A DNA stretch of 24,000 nucleotides from Alkalimarinus coralli (lineage in GTDB: Bacteria > Pseudomonadota > Gammaproteobacteria > Pseudomonadales > Oleiphilaceae): assembly GCF_023650515.1 (NCBI RefSeq), contig NZ_CP096016.1:652513-676512 (forward strand). The letters are read 5' to 3'. The notes under the pieces were generated by a model. That model was not told the DNA's origin and made no database searches. It was given only the letters and a program-made list of their open reading frames with translations. Of the stretch, positions 18,133 to 24,000 are shown one piece after another. Position numbers and translations under genes: made by a program. Within the stretch, counting starts at the first letter, position 1. Each line of letters begins with the position of its first letter.

Positions 18133-19995
18133 ATGACAAAAAACACACAACGATGGCACAAACTGGCCAGGCTGCCATTAGCGGTAGCTGTGGCGGCTTC
18201 TGTGTCGACTCCAGCTAGTGCATTTCAATTTTATATGGGGGATGTAGAGGCGAGTTTCGATACTACGCTATCTGCAGGTGTGAGCTGGCGGGTTCAGGAT
18301 CGTGATAGCAGGCAGTTATCCCAGGGTAACCTGGCGCCATTAGGGTCAAACCCTTTTATTGGAACAACCACCGGTGCATCAACCAACAATTATGATGACG
18401 GGAATTGGAACTTTGATAAAGGCGATACGTACTCGAAGCGTGTTAAGGGAACCAGTGAATTATTGTTGAGCTATGAAAACTACGGCGGCTTTGTACGTGG
18501 CCGCTACTGGTATGACTTCCAGCTTAAAGACGAAGAGATGGCATTGGACGGGGCAGGTCAACGGCGCTCCTTAACCGCTGAGGGGGATAAAAATGCCTCT
18601 GGTGGTGAGCTACTGGATGCCTATGTTTGGGGGGATTTTGAGTTGGGCGAAATGCCTCTCAACATGCGTTTAGGCCGGCAGGTGATCAGCTGGGGTGAGA
18701 GCACATTTATTTTTAATGGTATCAATATCATTAACCCTGTTGATGTAGGAGCAATAAGAGCGCCGGGTGCCGAGGTTAAAGAAGCCTTATTACCGGTAAA
18801 CATGTTTTATTCCTCTCTTGGCGTGACTGAGAATGTAACGGTTGAAGGGTTTGTGCAGCTGGAGTGGGAAAAAACAGAAATTGAAGACTGCGGGACGTTT
18901 TTTTCGACGGCAGACTTTGCGTCAGATGGTTGTGGCCCTGTATTACTTGCAGGCCAGTTACCTGATGGCGTAGCGTATGATCAGGGGTTATATGCTGACC
19001 GTTTAGCTGATAATGAAGCAGACGACACCGATCAGTTTGGATTGGCAGTGCGCTGGTATGTGCCAGAGTTGAATGATACTGAGTTTGGTTTTTACTTTGT
19101 ACAGTACCATAGCCGAGTACCTCTGATTACGGGGGTTGTTGCTAACGATCCAAGTAGCGGTCTTGGTGGTGGTGGCACGGATCCATTCCCAGAGTACTTT
19201 ATGGATTATCCTGAAGGGATTCAGATGTATGGTGTTAGTTTTAATACCAGTACAGAGAGTGGCTATTCAATTGGAGGTGAAATAAGTTATAAAAAAGATC
19301 TCCCATTGCAATGGAACTCATTTGAATTGATTCACGGTGGCCTTGGTTCACCAAGCAGTTTGCTGTATCAAAGAGAGTTTGCGGAAGCAGGTGGCGATGT
19401 AAGTAAGCTATGGGGAGAAACCTTACCCGGGTATGACCTGTATGGGGTTTCACAGGCGCAGATGACCGTAATTAAATTCTTTGACCAGGTTGCTGGCGCT
19501 AGCCGATTGACGTTTGTCGGTGAAGTGGGGGGAACCTATGTTCACGGCCTAAAAGGCTCTAAAGATGCACGCTATGGAAGAGCGGGTACCTACGGTATTG
19601 GTGCATTTGATTTGTCCGGGACGCCTTGGGCTGCATTAGGCAGTTGTGAGTCTGGCGGGGTTCAAAACTTAAACCGGCTCAATTGTAATAACAGTGGTTA
19701 TACTACTTCATTTTCATGGGGTTATAGATTACGTACATCCCTTGATTACAATGATGTATTTGCCGGCGTAAACCTGACACCAACGTTATCGTGGTCTCAT
19801 GACGTGAGCGGTTATGCGCCTGAGCCAGGTGGCAACTTTATTCAAGGCCGCAAATCTGTTGGGCTATCTCTTAAGGCGGTTTATCTGAATCAGTACTCAG
19901 CCAATATCAGTTACACAAACTACTTTGGTGGCAAGCCTTATAACTTATTAAACGACCGGGACAACATCGCGCTAAGTGTTGCCTACTCATTCTAA
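18133..19995 (+). CDS. DUF1302-family secreted protein, probably an outer-membrane beta-barrel; function unknown
   Basis: 620 aa. Signal peptide ending ASA|FQF. Gly/aromatic-rich alternating sequence with a C-terminal ...IALSVAYSF, a terminal aromatic as in OMPs. I recognise the N-terminal FYMGDVEASFDTTLSAGVSWRVQDRD pattern as DUF1302. It is followed by its usual DUF1329 partner. Confidence 0.8.
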   Translation: MTKNTQRWHKLARLPLAVAVAASVSTPASAFQFYMGDVEASFDTTLSAGVSWRVQDRDSRQLSQGNLAPLGSNPFIGTTTGASTNNYDDGNWNFDKGDTYSKRVKGTSELLLSYENYGGFVRGRYWYDFQLKDEEMALDGAGQRRSLTAEGDKNASGGELLDAYVWGDFELGEMPLNMRLGRQVISWGESTFIFNGINIINPVDVGAIRAPGAEVKEALLPVNMFYSSLGVTENVTVEGFVQLEWEKTEIEDCGTFFSTADFASDGCGPVLLAGQLPDGVAYDQGLYADRLADNEADDTDQFGLAVRWYVPELNDTEFGFYFVQYHSRVPLITGVVANDPSSGLGGGGTDPFPEYFMDYPEGIQMYGVSFNTSTESGYSIGGEISYKKDLPLQWNSFELIHGGLGSPSSLLYQREFAEAGGDVSKLWGETLPGYDLYGVSQAQMTVIKFFDQVAGASRLTFVGEVGGTYVHGLKGSKDARYGRAGTYGIGAFDLSGTPWAALGSCESGGVQNLNRLNCNNSGYTTSFSWGYRLRTSLDYNDVFAGVNLTPTLSWSHDVSGYAPEPGGNFIQGRKSVGLSLKAVYLNQYSANISYTNYFGGKPYNLLNDRDNIALSVAYSF

Positions 19996-20033
19996 TAAAC
20001 AAGGTAACTGTTTCGGTTTAAAGAGGTTTATAA

Positions 20034-21398
20034 ATGAAACTAAGAAAAAGAATTTTAGCAGGTGGGGTTATTACGCTATCTTTGCTGGCATCTGCGGTGT
20101 CAGCGAAGGTATCAGAGTCTGAAGCGGCTAAACTAGGGGCTGAACTAACCCCTATTGGTGCTGAGAAAGCGGGTAATGCGGACGGCACTATCCCTGAATG
20201 GACTGGCGGATATACAAACGTGCCAGCGGGTTATGTGTCCGGTGACCGTCTTCCGAATCCATTCCCTGATGATCAACCCTTGTTTACCATCACTAAGGAT
20301 AATATGGATAAGTACAAGGATAATATGTCTCCCGGGCAGATTGCCATGATGACAAAATATCCCGACTATGTTCTTCCTGTTTACAAAACGCGCAGAACAG
20401 CCGCTTATCCTCAGGCGATTTATGATGGAGCAAAAGCAAACGCCACGACGGTCGAGATGGTAGAGGGAGGGAATGGCTTAACGCCATTTCAGGTGTCAGT
20501 ACCCTTTCCAATTCCTCAGAACGGGCTTGAGGTGATATGGAACCACATAACCCGGTATCGTGGCGGGTCGGTTCGTCGTACTATCGGTCAGGCAACGCCG
20601 CTGGCAAACGGTAACTACAGTATTGTCCAGTTTTTGGACGAGATTACCTGGCGTACTTCGTTACAAGACTACGACCCAAATACAGACCCTAACGTGCTTT
20701 TCTACTTTAAGCAGGTTATTCAGGCACCAACCCGTTTAGCAGGTAACGTGTTGCTAGCCCATGAAACGATTGACCAAGTAAAAGAGCCACGTCGTGCCTG
20801 GGTATATAACGCCGGTCAACGCCGGGTTAGACGCGCACCTCAGGTTGCCTATGATGGACCGGGAACCGCGTCAGATGGTCTTCGTACTTCTGATAATTTT
20901 GATATGTATAATGGTTCCCCGGATCGTTATAACTGGAATTTGGTGGGCAAAAAAGAGGCTTATATTCCTTACAACTCCTATAAGCTTGATTCGACTGATC
21001 TGAAATATGATCAAATAATTAAGCCAGGGCATATCAATCAGGATCTAACGCGTTATGAGTTACACCGTGTATGGGTGGTCGAAGCAACATTGAAAGAAGG
21101 GCAGAGACACATATACGCAAAACGTACGTTCTATATTGATGAGGATACATGGCAGGCGACGGTTATAGATCATTATGATGGTCGCGGCGAATTGTGGCGA
21201 GTCGCGGAAGCACATAATATGAGCTTCTATGGTGAGCTGGTGCCCTGGTATACGGTAGAGACTCTGTATGACTTATTGTCAGGCCGCTATTTGGTCAATG
21301 GCCTGAATAACGAACAAGACAAGAGTTATGTATTTAACTTAAAGAGGTCATCAAAGGACTATACGCCTGCAGCGTTAAGGCGAGCGGGTAAGCGATAG
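20034..21398 (+). CDS. DUF1329-family periplasmic/outer-membrane-associated protein (LolA-like fold family); function unknown
   Basis: 454 aa. Signal peptide MKLRKRILAGGVITLSLLASAVSA. ELTPIGAEKAGNADGTIPEWTGG is the characteristic DUF1329 N-terminal motif. The start is 39 nt after the DUF1302 gene. Confidence 0.8.
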   Translation: MKLRKRILAGGVITLSLLASAVSAKVSESEAAKLGAELTPIGAEKAGNADGTIPEWTGGYTNVPAGYVSGDRLPNPFPDDQPLFTITKDNMDKYKDNMSPGQIAMMTKYPDYVLPVYKTRRTAAYPQAIYDGAKANATTVEMVEGGNGLTPFQVSVPFPIPQNGLEVIWNHITRYRGGSVRRTIGQATPLANGNYSIVQFLDEITWRTSLQDYDPNTDPNVLFYFKQVIQAPTRLAGNVLLAHETIDQVKEPRRAWVYNAGQRRVRRAPQVAYDGPGTASDGLRTSDNFDMYNGSPDRYNWNLVGKKEAYIPYNSYKLDSTDLKYDQIIKPGHINQDLTRYELHRVWVVEATLKEGQRHIYAKRTFYIDEDTWQATVIDHYDGRGELWRVAEAHNMSFYGELVPWYTVETLYDLLSGRYLVNGLNNEQDKSYVFNLKRSSKDYTPAALRRAGKR

Positions 21399-21434
21399 TC
21401 ATAGCTAGCTAAAATAATCTATTTGTACCATTAC

Positions 21435-21465
21435 AGAGGGTGGAGAATATCCACCCTCTTTTTTT
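21435..21465 (+). terminator. Rho-independent terminator of the DUF1302-DUF1329 operon
   Basis: AGAGGGTGG (21435-21443) and CCACCCTCT (21451-21459) form a perfect 9-bp stem with a 7-nt loop, followed by a T-run at 21460-21465. Confidence 0.85.
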
Positions 21466-21545
21466 GCTTTTCGTCCTCTATTTGTATTAAATTAGACTCC
21501 CTTCCGGTCTAACGCCGGTTCAGATTACTCATCAATGGGGTTTGG

Positions 21546-24000
21546 GTGAAAGCAAGTTTCGGTAAAACATCTGCTGCGAATGATGAAGCTAGCGGATACA
21601 CTTCGAAATCGATAGATCAAATCATTAAAGGTGGCAATTCCCCGTCTGTGATCGGGCGGTCTTTCCTGCGTAAAAAAATTATTGCACCTGCTTTAAGTCC
21701 GCATTATACGCACCTCGACAGGCTGGATGGATATCTAGAGGGTATCAGAAACTCGCGATTGAGCATTTTATGTGCGCCAGCAGGTTATGGTAAAACATCT
21801 CTCCTTAGTCATTGGATTCAAAAAGACAAAGCCAACCTCCCTCAAATAGCGTGGTTGACCCTTGATGTTCGTGATAATGATATTGTAAGGCTATGTAGCT
21901 ACCTGTTAGAAAGTCTTTCTGATGTTTTATCCGAAGTAGTTAAAGAAGGGTTGTATTTGCAATTGGATGCATATGGGGGGCGTTGGAGTGAAGCCGCTTC
22001 TGAAAAAGTTGTTGTTCAATTAGTAGAGAAAATTGAGCTGTCTGACGCTCCGGTAAAAATTATTTTTGACAATTTTCAACATATTCAAGGTGGACAAGTT
22101 AAGGGGTTTGTTGATGCGTTGCTGGCTCATGCCCCTGCAAACTTGTCTATTGTTGTTATTTCAAGCCAGCCGACTGGTTTAGCTATCACCAAGTTTCGCT
22201 TAGAGCGGAATATTACTGAAATTGGAGTGAAAGAACTTCAACTTACAGAATCAGAAGCCATACGACTCTTAAATGCTCTGCTGCCTGAGTCGGTAGAGAC
22301 AGAAGTCATTCAGGAGCTGTCTCAACGTTGTGAAGGCTGGGGTGCAGGTCTCCACTTATTATCTATCGATTTGCAAAATAAAGATTTGGCGTCAGAGGTC
22401 GTATTGCCTGACTCTGTGGAGTATGTAAAAGAGTATTTCTTCAATGACGTTCTCTCCAGTCTGACGGGGCATGAATTAAACGGTCTTTGCCGACTAAGCG
22501 TTGTTGACTACTGGTGTTCTGATTTGTGCTCTCATTTATTGGGCCCCTCGGCAGGGGGGGAGTGGCTTAGAAATATGGCCCAGAAACTGGGGTTTATTGA
22601 GCAGCTCAATGATAAGGGCGTTTGGTACCGACCTCATCCTCTTCTTAAAGGGGTTTTGTTTGATGTCGAGAAACTGAAGGCTGATCGTTGTGCCATTTAT
22701 GAAGATATTTCGATCTGGTTTGAGTCTCGCGGCATGGTGTCTGATGCCATTGAGTATGCAATCAAATCAGAAAATAGTAACCGTGTTATGTCCCTGTTAG
22801 TTAAGTTGTCGAATGCCTCGCTGCTGGATCAAAACATGGCGACACTTCTCGGTATTCGTAAAAAGGTTCTGGAAAGTGGTCATGACGTAACCAACCGAAG
22901 AACTATCGTTTACCTTTGGACACTGATGGCTTGCTCCAGAATTGATGAAGCCCTCAATTATATTGAGCTCTTGCCGGATGATTTTGCAGTGCAAAACCCG
23001 GATATGGGAGCGGAACTGCTAGCCGTAAACGCCTATATTGCTAAAGCCCGTGGTGATGTTGAGCGGTCGTTTAACCTGGCCCGAGAGGCCCTGGCACGGT
23101 TAAGTGATGATAGAGTGGCTGTAAAAGTGATTTGCCAGCTGATTATTTCGAATAGCCATAGTTTGATGGGGCGGTTTGATGATGCCAAAAAAGCCAACCG
23201 CAAGGCCGTTGTTGTGGCTCGTGAGCATAATGATGTCAAGCTTGAAATGCTGGGCATGTATGACTCTGCAAGAATTGAGTTAGCCAGAGGTTATCTTAAT
23301 CGAGTGTCAACCCTGGTTAAGCAGGGCCTTGAATTAAACGGTGTGTCTATTAATGATCTGCACAATATTGCTGAAGGAAGGCTAAAGGTATATTGGGCGC
23401 TTGTTAAAATGCACCAAGGTAAACTCCTTGAGGCTGAGCGGATTGTAAATGTAGCCGCTCGAGAAGCAGAAAGAAGCAATGATATTGGCGCATTTTACTC
23501 TTATATAGTGAAAGCAGTTTTACACAAAGGGGCTGGGGATATTGATTTAGCATTTGGCATGATTGGCCGTGCTGAGCGGTTTATCCGCGTTTGGCAAATT
23601 GATGATGTGAGTTATACCTGTGCGTTAAACGTTGCAAAGGCTATGTTATGGATAGAGCAGGGTAACTTTGATCGCGCTTCGGTTGCTCTGGCTGAACTCA
23701 ACGAATATCATCAAGCGGGTTTGGTTGCAGATATGTTTCCACTTCTGCCTGGTTCTCGTGATTTGCTGGAAATTCGACTGCTAATCAAAACAGGTGAGAC
23801 GGTGAGAGCTCTTGAACAGTTAACCTCACTTCAGCGCATAGAAAAAAACCGGGCACCCAATAGTGTTACCTCTATTTATATTTTGATTTATCAGTCGATT
23901 TTATATAGTAAAGGACATAAGCCTGACCGAGCGCTAATGGCTATGCGAACGGCAATAAAAAAGGCTGAAATAGAAAATTGGTCTAGCCCATTTTGGGATC
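21546..24000 (+). CDS. Large ATP-binding LuxR-family regulator (LAL / MalT-like), N-terminal ~818 aa; the C-terminal HTH would lie beyond the window
   Basis: Not in the ORF track because there is no stop in the window. My hand translation of the frame with codon starts divisible by 3 is open from the stop at 21510-21512 to 24000, and the first start codon is the GTG at 21546. It reads VKASFGKTSAAND...RLDGYLEGIRNSRLSILCAPAGYGKTSLLSHWIQKD (Walker A), then ...QRCEGWGAGLHLLSI..., then a long TPR-like helical region. The minus-strand track ORFs at 22797-23479 are its antisense shadows. Confidence 0.8.
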   Translation, partial: MKASFGKTSAANDEASGYTSKSIDQIIKGGNSPSVIGRSFLRKKIIAPALSPHYTHLDRLDGYLEGIRNSRLSILCAPAGYGKTSLLSHWIQKDKANLPQIAWLTLDVRDNDIVRLCSYLLESLSDVLSEVVKEGLYLQLDAYGGRWSEAASEKVVVQLVEKIELSDAPVKIIFDNFQHIQGGQVKGFVDALLAHAPANLSIVVISSQPTGLAITKFRLERNITEIGVKELQLTESEAIRLLNALLPESVETEVIQELSQRCEGWGAGLHLLSIDLQNKDLASEVVLPDSVEYVKEYFFNDVLSSLTGHELNGLCRLSVVDYWCSDLCSHLLGPSAGGEWLRNMAQKLGFIEQLNDKGVWYRPHPLLKGVLFDVEKLKADRCAIYEDISIWFESRGMVSDAIEYAIKSENSNRVMSLLVKLSNASLLDQNMATLLGIRKKVLESGHDVTNRRTIVYLWTLMACSRIDEALNYIELLPDDFAVQNPDMGAELLAVNAYIAKARGDVERSFNLAREALARLSDDRVAVKVICQLIISNSHSLMGRFDDAKKANRKAVVVAREHNDVKLEMLGMYDSARIELARGYLNRVSTLVKQGLELNGVSINDLHNIAEGRLKVYWALVKMHQGKLLEAERIVNVAAREAERSNDIGAFYSYIVKAVLHKGAGDIDLAFGMIGRAERFIRVWQIDDVSYTCALNVAKAMLWIEQGNFDRASVALAELNEYHQAGLVADMFPLLPGSRDLLEIRLLIKTGETVRALEQLTSLQRIEKNRAPNSVTSIYILIYQSILYSKGHKPDRALMAMRTAIKKAEIENWSSPFWD

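Noticed and set aside
22797-23479. Three minus-strand ORFs of 62-74 aa.
   Set aside because: All lie antisense to the continuous plus-strand MalT/LAL-type regulator ORF, which has clear motifs. They are shadow ORFs.

Overview
This is a chromosomal core region of a gammaproteobacterium, about 45% GC by eye. Gene order resembles E. coli and Pseudomonas; any finer taxonomic call would be a guess.

Gene order from left to right:
- Minus strand: lptB (5' part only), lptA, lptC, kdsD and a yrbG-like Ca2+/Na+ antiporter.
- Plus strand: mlaF-mlaE-mlaD-mlaC-mlaB, ibaG (BolA-like), murA, hisG (short form) and hisD.
- A DegS/AlgW-like protease (minus), a Nif3/YbgI-family protein (plus), zapG/yhcB (minus) and zapE/yhcM (plus).
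- An IS110-family insertion sequence, then a thiolase (minus).
- A DUF1302/DUF1329 secreted (putative outer-membrane) protein pair with an intrinsic terminator (plus).
- A large MalT/LAL-type LuxR-family regulator (plus). It runs off the window end, so it is missing from the supplied ORF track. I translated it by hand.

I saw no rRNA genes or CRISPR arrays and recognised no tRNA genes.

The one clearly accessory element is the insertion sequence at about 14891-16543. It has IS1111-type architecture:
- 12-bp subterminal inverted repeats.
- A short 5' non-coding end and an unusually long 487-nt 3' non-coding region.

That 3' region is dense with structure that no ORF explains:
- A segment complementary to the chromosomal flank just outside the right end.
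- An exact 12-nt copy of the predicted right-end/left-end circle junction, embedded in degenerate copies of both inverted repeats.
- A 12-nt complement of the transposase leader.
- A perfect 14-bp GC-rich stem.

I read this region as a candidate guide (bridge/seek) RNA locus for the DEDD recombinase. That is inference from sequence only.
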